From IMG/VR virus record IMGVR_UViG_3300043446_005369, positions 1 to 64,000 of that record: a stretch of DNA of 64,000 nt. One strand, written 5' to 3'. The notes under the pieces were generated by a model, which was given only the letters and a program-made list of their open reading frames with translations, made no database searches and had not been told where the DNA came from. The DNA comes from a virus. The translations under genes and the position numbers were made by a program. Below, one piece after another: positions 9,453 to 17,463 of the stretch (positions within the stretch are counted from its first letter, which is position 1; each line of letters opens with the position of its first letter).

Positions 9453-10211
9453 TCACTGATTCGTTGGATATAAAATACCGTTGGTTCCTGTTGTAATTCC
9501 GGACATAGCAACAAGAATTTCACTCTTGACTCTTAAGTTTCCATGAGTGTCAATATAAGTAGTCACACCTACCCATCCGGATCCACTAGTCCTAAACTCA
9601 GTAGATACATTGGAGTATGCACTTGTGCTAATACCATAAACCTGTTTATCATAACCTCCAGTATATCTCTTGAAGATTAGGGTGTCGCCAGTTGCAATTC
9701 CTACAGAAATTGTAGAACCTAAAGTAATTGTATTTGTACTAATAGAAGAAATTGCAATATCATTTCCACCATTCAGGAGAGTATCACCTTGAATAAGAGT
9801 AGAAGGAGGAATTACTGGAATTATATTCGTGCCAATTCCTGCATTTGTGGTTGCAGTTCCGGTGACTCCAAAATTTTTAAGAGATGGTGCAGAATCTTTT
9901 GCATTACTATATGATGAATCCAAAACGGTATATTTTGGAAGTTCACTTAAGTAAAAGCTAGTAGCTGCGAATGATACTGTAGAAAGACCTGCAGTAGAAT
10001 CAATAGTCAATTGCGTAGTACTAGCAATTCCAACAATTACTGCATCACCATAATATACACCTCCGTTTCCACGAACACCAAAACGAATTACATCTCCAGT
10101 TTTTGCAGCACCAACACGACCAAAGGTAGTTCCAGTTCCAGTCACAATATTATTAGAAAGTGAAACCGTGCCAGTGGCCTTTAAATTATCGTTTATTCCC
10201 CAAAGAGACAT
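9453..10211 (-). CDS. Putative virion structural protein
   Basis: MSLWG start, Thr/Gly/Ser-rich beta composition, GWVGVTTYIDTHGNLRVKSEILVAM end; perfect late promoter upstream. Confidence 0.7.
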   Translation of the reverse strand: MSLWGINDNLKATGTVSLSNNIVTGTGTTFGRVGAAKTGDVIRFGVRGNGGVYYGDAVIVGIASTTQLTIDSTAGLSTVSFAATSFYLSELPKYTVLDSSYSNAKDSAPSLKNFGVTGTATTNAGIGTNIIPVIPPSTLIQGDTLLNGGNDIAISSISTNTITLGSTISVGIATGDTLIFKRYTGGYDKQVYGISTSAYSNVSTEFRTSGSGWVGVTTYIDTHGNLRVKSEILVAMSGITTGTNGILYPTNQ

Positions 10212-10243
10212 TTGACTTACCCGATAGATTTCTTTTATATTGA

Positions 10244-10251
10244 TATTTATA
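10244..10251 (-). promoter_or_regulatory. T4-type late promoter TATAAATA
   Basis: Perfect consensus fused to the T tract of the adjacent terminator. Confidence 0.85.
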
Positions 10252-10279
10252 AAAAAAGGAGACCTTAAAAAGGTCTCCT
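10251..10279 (-). terminator. Rho-independent terminator
   Basis: AGGAGACC-N7-GGTCTCCT stem plus T tract on the minus strand. Confidence 0.85.
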
Positions 10280-10298
10280 AATAATTTATGAAATTGAT

Positions 10299-10484
10299 TC
10301 AGGGAGTTGGATCGACTGCACCCTTTTCTTTAAGTCTAGCTTGAACTTGCAATAAAACAAGTGATAAAATACCATTTGCTTTAATTTTTGGTGATGCACC
10401 AAGAACTTCAGAAAGAACAAAAAGAATAGTAGCAATCAATGCTTCATTAGCTTTTAGAAATGCGAGTAGTGCTGCGAGTGTCAT
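10299..10484 (-). CDS. Small hydrophobic (membrane) protein
   Basis: 61 aa, two hydrophobic stretches; AGGAGGA ribosome binding site and ATAAATA (10517-10523) upstream. Confidence 0.75.
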   Translation of the reverse strand: MTLAALLAFLKANEALIATILFVLSEVLGASPKIKANGILSLVLLQVQARLKEKGAVDPTP

Positions 10485-10528
10485 AATAAGTTCCTCCTAT
10501 AAAGGATATCTAATTATATTTATTCAAA

Positions 10529-11791
10529 TCACATTTTTACACCCATTGATCTTACTTTATTTTTTACTAAATTTACGGAAGTTGGAATGGATCTAGTATC
10601 TTCCTTATTCTTTTTATCATCGCAACCACATTCTTCTGATTCTTCCTTCATCGCTTCTTTGCGAATTTTGGCAAAGTAAACTTTTTTACCTTTTTCCGCT
10701 CCATACTGCTGTTGCATATTTTGCTTCATTGAGGAATCATCATATTTTTTCTTTAACTTCTTTTCTTTTCTTTTTTTAGCCGCAGTCATTTTCTTCTCTT
10801 GAAGAAGATTCAAGAATTTTTTATACCCATTCTCTTGAATCAAATCACCATTCAACTCAGTATGAGCCATGATTGAATTAGTAGGATTTACGGTTATTTT
10901 ATTTTTTTTACCTTGAAGAATATCGATTTGTTGATTTTGATTATTCGTAGGAAGTGGAGGTTCATCCATTTGTGGAAGATTTGCCATTCCTAAAACTTCA
11001 CCCATAAATTCTTCTTTCACTGAAGAGGTATCTTTACCATCAGCAGGTAATCCTTTTTTGCGTTGAATTGCATTATGAACAACTCCAGCATGTTCTTTTG
11101 CACCACTTTCAACTTTACCGTCCCCATCATAATCTTTGGATGCTCTACTTCTTCCTCTGGAAACCTCGGCAGTTTGTTCGCCTTTTTCTTTTTCTCCTTC
11201 ATATGCATCACCATATTCAGTCATTTCAACATCAAGTCCTCTCGCTCTAAGTTGACTAATTTTAGAACGAGTTGCAAATCTTACATAACTGACTCCACTT
11301 TGAGTATCTGTAACTCTTACTTTATATTTCTTACTTTCAGCACCATTTGATTTACTTTGAAAATCTTTTTTAATCTCTTCAATATATTCTTCAGTAATTT
11401 TTGGTTGATTATCTACAAAGACTTTATAAAGTGCCTTTGCCATAGTATCGGAGGCAATAGATTTCATATCAAAACTTTCGGCCTGTGTCCCACCTTCTTT
11501 ACCAAACAATCTTTTTCTAACCTCTGCCTTTTCCATTTCACTCATAGAGCTATTTTGCATATATTGGGAATATGCAGTGCGAATCGGTAGATTTTCTCTT
11601 CTTGCACGATAACGAATATCATATACCGCTTGTCTTATTTTTTGGTCAGGTGTTTTTTCTTTACCATCTCTTCCTCTTTCGGATCCGCCACCTTTTTCCG
11701 AATCTCCACGATCTGATTTTTGTGATTGTGCAGATAATTGTGCCTGTGGATGACTTCTTGCAGGAAGATCTTCAGCAATATTTTTTTTCAT
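10529..11791 (-). CDS. Hypothetical charged protein with DxDxDG motif (probable virion/internal protein)
   Basis: 420 aa; KDYDGDGKVES motif; ATAAATA at 11824-11830; starts MKKNIAE. Confidence 0.75.
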   Translation of the reverse strand: MKKNIAEDLPARSHPQAQLSAQSQKSDRGDSEKGGGSERGRDGKEKTPDQKIRQAVYDIRYRARRENLPIRTAYSQYMQNSSMSEMEKAEVRKRLFGKEGGTQAESFDMKSIASDTMAKALYKVFVDNQPKITEEYIEEIKKDFQSKSNGAESKKYKVRVTDTQSGVSYVRFATRSKISQLRARGLDVEMTEYGDAYEGEKEKGEQTAEVSRGRSRASKDYDGDGKVESGAKEHAGVVHNAIQRKKGLPADGKDTSSVKEEFMGEVLGMANLPQMDEPPLPTNNQNQQIDILQGKKNKITVNPTNSIMAHTELNGDLIQENGYKKFLNLLQEKKMTAAKKRKEKKLKKKYDDSSMKQNMQQQYGAEKGKKVYFAKIRKEAMKEESEECGCDDKKNKEDTRSIPTSVNLVKNKVRSMGVKM

Positions 11792-11806
11792 AAGAAAAAT
11801 TTACCC

Positions 11807-13123
11807 TTACTTTTTGCTATTTTTATTTATTAAATTAATGCCGTAAGGAACACCACCATATTGTAAATTTTCTTTTCCAGTTCCAATTGCTCCGGGGGTC
11901 ATCTTAGAAGCATATTTAAAATATCCCAAAGTTCCCACTAAAGTATTTGGCTTTTTTGGCATTCTCATAATTCTTGGCATGGATTTTTCAGTATAAGCTT
12001 CATTTACATCTTTAATCCAAGACTTAAACATAATTCCATCTTCAGTAACACAAATTAAGTAGTTCGTGCCTCTTCGAATAATTTTACCACTTAATCCTGT
12101 AGTGACACTTTCAACTTGTTCACCCTCTTTAAAGATATTATTAGCAATATAATTTTCTCTTAAAGATTTTAGGTCATAATCTGGAGCAATTTCCCATGTA
12201 TGATACCCTTCTTGTTGTATCTCTTGTATATTCATTCCTTGGCGAACTGAATCAAAAAGACTTAAGGCTTCCTTATTTTTAATTTCTTTTGGCAATCCTG
12301 CACGGAATGTTATAAAATCACCTTCAGCTGCTGCGAGTCGAAGTCTAGCTGAAGATAATTGATCTAGACTCTTTCCATCTGGATCTATTTCGCCTGAAGG
12401 AATAACTTCAATTGTATCGAATTGATAAAGCTGCCCATTATAACTATTTGCAAGTTTTTCGAATTCTTTTACTCGATCCGGCCCAGTTAAAATTCTAACA
12501 TTTGAATACCCATCATTATGGGCTCTTTTTAAGACATCAAAAATCGAAATTAGATTTGTATCATTAATAATTCTTTCACTATGATATGGATACATTATTC
12601 TCATAAATGAGATTTTAGTATCAGGATCTAAAGGATTTTTCTTTGCATCTTGAGATCTGGAAGGTATAATTACGTATTCATCTCCAGATTCGGCTGCCAT
12701 GTTCATGATTTCAGAGTGCCCAATAGTGGGCGGATTAAATCTGCCGAACACAATTGCCAGAGTTCCTTTGGTCTTTGGAACCGCAGGAGGAGCGATTGTG
12801 GGCTCTTCTGGAGGCATTGGAGGCTGCTCGGCAGGAATCTCTGGTTCCGTCGCCACAGGCTGTTCTGGCTGCACTGGAGGGGCTTGAGATGGAAAGGTGG
12901 ATCCCAAGGGAATATTTTTTTGAAATTCCCCTTGCTTCGGATCCTTTCCTCCGATGATCTGATTTTTATTATAAAACTTTAATTGGCCACCAACAGTTTT
13001 TGCTTCAAATTCTCCCGTAGCTCTATTATACCATCCACCATGCCCATCACCAACATAACCAAATCTTTTTGCTTGAACAGAAGCATAAGATGCTTCCTTT
13101 AAAAATTCCTTAAAGGTTTTCAT
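11807..13123 (-). CDS. Cytidyltransferase-like (HIGH-family nucleotidyltransferase) with capsid-targeting-like leader
   Basis: FGRFNPPTIGH motif, KKNPL, LSSARLR; N-terminus MKTFKEFLKEA; ATAAATA at 13165-13171. Confidence 0.85.
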   Translation of the reverse strand: MKTFKEFLKEASYASVQAKRFGYVGDGHGGWYNRATGEFEAKTVGGQLKFYNKNQIIGGKDPKQGEFQKNIPLGSTFPSQAPPVQPEQPVATEPEIPAEQPPMPPEEPTIAPPAVPKTKGTLAIVFGRFNPPTIGHSEIMNMAAESGDEYVIIPSRSQDAKKNPLDPDTKISFMRIMYPYHSERIINDTNLISIFDVLKRAHNDGYSNVRILTGPDRVKEFEKLANSYNGQLYQFDTIEVIPSGEIDPDGKSLDQLSSARLRLAAAEGDFITFRAGLPKEIKNKEALSLFDSVRQGMNIQEIQQEGYHTWEIAPDYDLKSLRENYIANNIFKEGEQVESVTTGLSGKIIRRGTNYLICVTEDGIMFKSWIKDVNEAYTEKSMPRIMRMPKKPNTLVGTLGYFKYASKMTPGAIGTGKENLQYGGVPYGINLINKNSKK

Positions 13124-13164
13124 TATTTACTTGTACTCGGCAACACTATATAATAACTTTATTA

Positions 13165-13171
13165 TATTTAT
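13165..13171 (-). promoter_or_regulatory. T4-type late promoter (ATAAATA)
   Basis: In the intergenic gap upstream of the ATG at 13123. Confidence 0.65.
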
Positions 13172-13250
13172 GTTTTTAAATAGGAACATCAAGATTTGCA
13201 CTTGAATCTATTTTTAATCGCTTTACTAATTAAGCTATGTTCCAGTTCAA

Positions 13251-13655
13251 TTATCGAATTGACATATAATTGAATAATTCCGGATGAGATTCACAATATT
13301 TTCTTATGATTTCACCTGCTTTAGCATTGGCTTCATTCTCTGAAGGACTTCCTGCTTTTGTATTTTTTTCAATTCCTTTTTCAATATGTTGTTTGTAGTG
13401 AACATATTCATGAGAAATCGTTCTTAAAATATCGACAGGATGTCTATTAATGATACTCAAATGAATTACATTATCTTTAGAGATATGACCAAATGTACGC
13501 ATGTGTGAAGCATAATCTACATCATCGATTATGACGATTGGAATGTCATATCTGAGTCGAAGTTCTCTTTTAAGATAAATTAGAAAACGTTTTAGAATTA
13601 CATTAAACTGTATTCTAGATATTGCTCTTCCTTTTGATTTACCAAGAATAGACAT
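13251..13655 (-). CDS. Putative zincin-like metallopeptidase
   Basis: ISHEYVHYKQH (HExxH) followed by ENEANA; ATAAATA at 13667-13673. Confidence 0.65.
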   Translation of the reverse strand: MSILGKSKGRAISRIQFNVILKRFLIYLKRELRLRYDIPIVIIDDVDYASHMRTFGHISKDNVIHLSIINRHPVDILRTISHEYVHYKQHIEKGIEKNTKAGSPSENEANAKAGEIIRKYCESHPELFNYMSIR

Positions 13656-13672
13656 ATTTTTGTTTTTATTTA

Positions 13673-14089
13673 TCAGAGGTCTCCCGCTTCTCTGTTTTCA
13701 GAATAAAATGAATCAAAGTAACCATCCGGGTATCTCTTCGAAAGTTTTTCCACGTTCATTGAAATAATTTCATCTAAAGAGGTATCCAAAGCAATACAAA
13801 TCTCAGCAACATACCACATTAAATCACCTAATTCACGTTTGAGATGAAACTTAGTTTCGTCATTCCAATTTTTACCCTGAAACACGAGTTTCTTTACGAT
13901 CTCCAGAAGTTCACCACTCTCAGCCGAAGCACCTATGGCTCCAGTCAAAAGTCTTTCAATATTTGCACCCTTCCCATCAAGTGAAACCAAACGATCAGAA
14001 AGAGCAAGAAAATCTTTAGATTCATCTGATGTTACTGCATCTACAAACTTAGAATAATCGTTAAAATTGATCTGCTTGTTATTTTCCAT
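13673..14089 (-). CDS. mazG: MazG-like nucleoside triphosphate pyrophosphohydrolase
   Basis: ESGELLEIVKK and KRELGDLMWY motifs, NVEKLSKRYP; position after gp41. Confidence 0.92.
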   Translation of the reverse strand: MENNKQINFNDYSKFVDAVTSDESKDFLALSDRLVSLDGKGANIERLLTGAIGASAESGELLEIVKKLVFQGKNWNDETKFHLKRELGDLMWYVAEICIALDTSLDEIISMNVEKLSKRYPDGYFDSFYSENREAGDL

Positions 14090-14121
14090 AGTTAATAATT
14101 AATTGTGAATAATTTGTTAAA

Positions 14122-14523
14122 TTAGTTTACTAAATATCTAACTTCATCAATAAAGTTAGCAGCTAATGCAGTTTTAATCATATGATCGGATGAACTGTCT
14201 TTTTTTGGATAATCCGAAAAATAAACCACATATTTAATTGAAGGATCTATAAATTTTAATAAAGCCCCGTTGCATATCGCTTTTTTTACATTATCAGTTC
14301 TTTTTGCCCCTGGTCTTTTCTTTGTACCTTGTTTTCCACCTTTAGCTTCACCATATTCAATGATTCCGTTTTTTTCTGCAATATAATCGACATCTACACC
14401 AATTTCGACAATTTTTGTAGATTTAGGTATAATAGTATAACCAATATCGGTTAAATGATTTTTAACTAAGGTTTCAAATTCCTTTCCTGTTTTTTTGCTC
14501 TCTGATTGAAAGTTTGTTTTCAT
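14122..14523 (-). CDS. Putative PD-(D/E)XK nuclease-fold protein
   Basis: GKEFE...VDVDYIAE...YGEAKGG matches the E...D...ExK pattern. Confidence 0.6.
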   Translation of the reverse strand: MKTNFQSESKKTGKEFETLVKNHLTDIGYTIIPKSTKIVEIGVDVDYIAEKNGIIEYGEAKGGKQGTKKRPGAKRTDNVKKAICNGALLKFIDPSIKYVVYFSDYPKKDSSSDHMIKTALAANFIDEVRYLVN

Positions 14524-14528
14524 AATTT

Positions 14529-15908
14529 TTAAAACTTAAATCCATCAAATGATTTTTTTATTTTTGATCCATCAGCATGATCAAAATCTTCATCTTTACC
14601 AGAACCTAAAATACCCTTTTGGGCAATTTGCTCACAATCATAAAGTCGCATTTTTGTTCTATCAATTCCCAACACGAACCTCTTATATATGTCAGTTGAA
14701 GAATAACGATTTTTTAACTGTTTTACCATAATCTGACCTAACTGTTCCAACTCTTCTGTGCTAATCAGCGCAAACATAAAATCTGCAGTAGCTGGAAGTC
14801 CGAAAGATTCCGAGGTATCAGTAAGTTCTAAATCCGATGAACCAAATCCACTTCTAGTAGTTTGTGTAGCACTAACAATAGGAACATTAAACTCAACAGC
14901 AAGACCTCTGAGTTCTTCTGCAATAGATTTAATATAAGAGTATGAATTAATTGATGAATTTCCCTTATATCTGGAAGAAGAACAAATATTTAAATAGTCA
15001 ACAAAAATAATATCTGGGTAAAATGATTTCTTAAGTGCCAATTCATTCAGTAATGATTTAAAATGTCCTGCATGTGCAGAAGCAGTCGGATACTCTTTAA
15101 TAACAAGTGATCCTTGAGTTTTTTTAGATAAATTTTGAACTTTATTTTTAAATACTTGTTGTTGCAAATCAGACAATTGTTGAATTGGCACATTCAACAA
15201 ATTTGCATCGATACGTTCTGCAATTCTTTCCTCGGCCATTTCGAGAGTAATATACAATACGTTTTTACCTTGCAATAAGGTTGATGCTGCAAAATGACAT
15301 AATGCTAAACTTTTGCCGACACCAGTACCTGCAATTATTATATTAAGCGTTTTCCTAGGTAATCCGCCTTTAGTAATCTTGTTGAAATATTCTAAATCAA
15401 ACTCAATTTTATCTTCTTTTTTAGTATAAAACTCATAACGACTTTCATAATCTCCGAGATAATCGTGACCAATATTATTATCAAAAGAAACTGATAATGC
15501 ATCTGAAAGAATGCTGGGAATGGCATCACGACTTTTCTTTTCGTTATTTCCATCTGCAATATGAATGGATTCCATAAGAGCAAGATATATCGCACGATCT
15601 CGACACCACTTTTCAGTAATATCAATTAACCACCGTTGATCTGTAAACGAATTGTTTAAAACCTTAATAATTTCATAAATTTCTTTGAGATCTGATTCGT
15701 TTAAATCAGTTCGATTATCGATTTCAATAGTCAATGCTTCTTTAGTAATCAGTGAATTATATTTACTAACAAACTTAGAAAGTTCTTCAAAGATTATTTT
15801 TTCCGTTCTTTTTTCGAAGTATTCTTTTTGTATGAATGGAATTACTTTTCTGCAATATTCTTCATTAAAAATTAAATTTCCTAGGATTGTAAATTCAAGT
15901 CTTTCCAT
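14529..15908 (-). CDS. gp41: Replicative DNA helicase
   Basis: Walker A AGTGVGKS, YITLEMAEE, IFVDYLNI, SATQTTR, KQLKNRY. Confidence 0.97.
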   Translation of the reverse strand: MERLEFTILGNLIFNEEYCRKVIPFIQKEYFEKRTEKIIFEELSKFVSKYNSLITKEALTIEIDNRTDLNESDLKEIYEIIKVLNNSFTDQRWLIDITEKWCRDRAIYLALMESIHIADGNNEKKSRDAIPSILSDALSVSFDNNIGHDYLGDYESRYEFYTKKEDKIEFDLEYFNKITKGGLPRKTLNIIIAGTGVGKSLALCHFAASTLLQGKNVLYITLEMAEERIAERIDANLLNVPIQQLSDLQQQVFKNKVQNLSKKTQGSLVIKEYPTASAHAGHFKSLLNELALKKSFYPDIIFVDYLNICSSSRYKGNSSINSYSYIKSIAEELRGLAVEFNVPIVSATQTTRSGFGSSDLELTDTSESFGLPATADFMFALISTEELEQLGQIMVKQLKNRYSSTDIYKRFVLGIDRTKMRLYDCEQIAQKGILGSGKDEDFDHADGSKIKKSFDGFKF

Positions 15909-16465
15909 TACTTATAGTGCAGATATGCAGTGAGAATATACTTTGATCCTCCAACTGGTGCTTCCCCTCGGTGAGGAAAAAGCCAAAGAGGAGGAAAGAC
16001 GACCAGTCTACCCTTTTTGGGGGAGATTGTCAAATCATGAAACACGGTGTTTCCTCCAGCAGTCACATCATTCAAATACCATAGAAAAGATAAAAATCTT
16101 CTCGATGAATCATGATCCACTACATCTACATGTGTGTCGAAGCGATCATTACCATCAGAATTATATTTTTTTATTCTAAATTGTTCAAAGGCGTGTTCAT
16201 TTGGAAAAACACGCTTATCAATAAATTCATAATAAAGATCACGATATTCAATTACTTTTTTGATGATATGATTATGAACACTTGAAATTTCTGATGATAA
16301 ATTCCGATTTTGTGTTAGATTTAATTGAGTGAAATTTGGCTTACCTTCATTATCATGCCTTTCATGTAAATTGGTATGCTGATCGAAAGTTGAAACTAAA
16401 AAATCACAAATATCAGGTTCTAGTGCGCTCTCATATATCTGAATAAATTCATTAAGTTCAGCCAT
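15908..16465 (-). CDS. 2OG-Fe(II) oxygenase (prolyl-4-hydroxylase-like)
   Basis: THVD...WYLND..GGNT...FPP.W.FPHRG...KY; likely start MAELNEF at 16465. Confidence 0.9.
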   Translation of the reverse strand: MAELNEFIQIYESALEPDICDFLVSTFDQHTNLHERHDNEGKPNFTQLNLTQNRNLSSEISSVHNHIIKKVIEYRDLYYEFIDKRVFPNEHAFEQFRIKKYNSDGNDRFDTHVDVVDHDSSRRFLSFLWYLNDVTAGGNTVFHDLTISPKKGRLVVFPPLWLFPHRGEAPVGGSKYILTAYLHYK

Positions 16466-17456
16466 ACTTGAATTCTTCTCTTGCAATTTCATCTAGTTTC
16501 TGCATAATATCATCTGTAAAATACTGTTCTGGATTTTTAAGAATTTCCTTTCCATAGATTTTTTTACCATCAATTTCATAGCGTCCTGCAGTATTTTTCC
16601 AGAGACCACCAAGCTCTCCTAATTCAAGTAGCCCATAATACCGATCAAGACCACGTTCATCATAATATAAACGAATTTCGACATCTTGATTTTCCTTACT
16701 TAATCGTGATTTGTATGTTTTAGCTTTAATGATATTACCTACAATTTCAGTACCTTCCTTTTCTTTAGATTTTGAAAGATAAATGATAGTAGAAGCTGAA
16801 TATTTAATTCCTGAGCCGCCAGACATTTCTTTAGGTGAATACAAGCTCATAGAATCATATACATGATTTGTTACTAACATTGGAATATTCGTCTGCCCAA
16901 GTTTAAGTGTAAGCATACGAAAAGCACCTTTAATTAATTGTGCTTTAGTCATGTCCCGAGAATCCTTTTCCGCTAGCGTATCACTAATTTCTTTATTTGA
17001 AGATAGCATTCCAAGAGAATCCAATACGAACATACAAGGCTTTCTTTCTTCTGCGGGTTTTTTCTGATATATATCTACAGCTTTTACAGCTTTATTTCTA
17101 AATTCTTCAATAGTAACCACATTAATTACAATGAGTCTATTAATATCGATTCCTCGACTTTCTAGAAGAGATTTAGTAATAGCAGACTCAGTGTCAAAAT
17201 AGAGACAGTAACCATCGGGATTACTTTCTAGAAAGTTTTTGACGACTGCGAGAGAGAAAAAAGTTTTCCCAGTGGAGTTTTCACCGCAAATTGCAGTAAT
17301 CTTATTTCCTGATACTCCACCATAAATGGATCCGGATACGAGAGCATTAAAAATATATGAACCTGTATCTACATATGTCTCAGATTCATCAATTTCGGAT
17401 GCTATAGAAGCATACTCAGATCCAACTTCTTTTATAATTTCTTTTAAAAAATCCAT
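16458..17456 (-). CDS. uvsX: RecA-like recombinase
   Basis: GENSTGKT Walker A, YFDTESA, VLDSLGML; between gp43 and gp41. Confidence 0.96.
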   Translation of the reverse strand: MDFLKEIIKEVGSEYASIASEIDESETYVDTGSYIFNALVSGSIYGGVSGNKITAICGENSTGKTFFSLAVVKNFLESNPDGYCLYFDTESAITKSLLESRGIDINRLIVINVVTIEEFRNKAVKAVDIYQKKPAEERKPCMFVLDSLGMLSSNKEISDTLAEKDSRDMTKAQLIKGAFRMLTLKLGQTNIPMLVTNHVYDSMSLYSPKEMSGGSGIKYSASTIIYLSKSKEKEGTEIVGNIIKAKTYKSRLSKENQDVEIRLYYDERGLDRYYGLLELGELGGLWKNTAGRYEIDGKKIYGKEILKNPEQYFTDDIMQKLDEIAREEFKYG

Positions 17457-17463
17457 AATTTTT

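Noticed and set aside
8367-10484. Lysis cassette (membrane proteins 8367-8810 and 10299-10484 as holins)
   Set aside because: Only hydrophobicity supports it and no endolysin is recognisable in the window
13183-13243. 7-bp inverted repeat GGAACAT...ATGTTCC in an intergenic gap
   Set aside because: Too short and widely spaced to distinguish from chance
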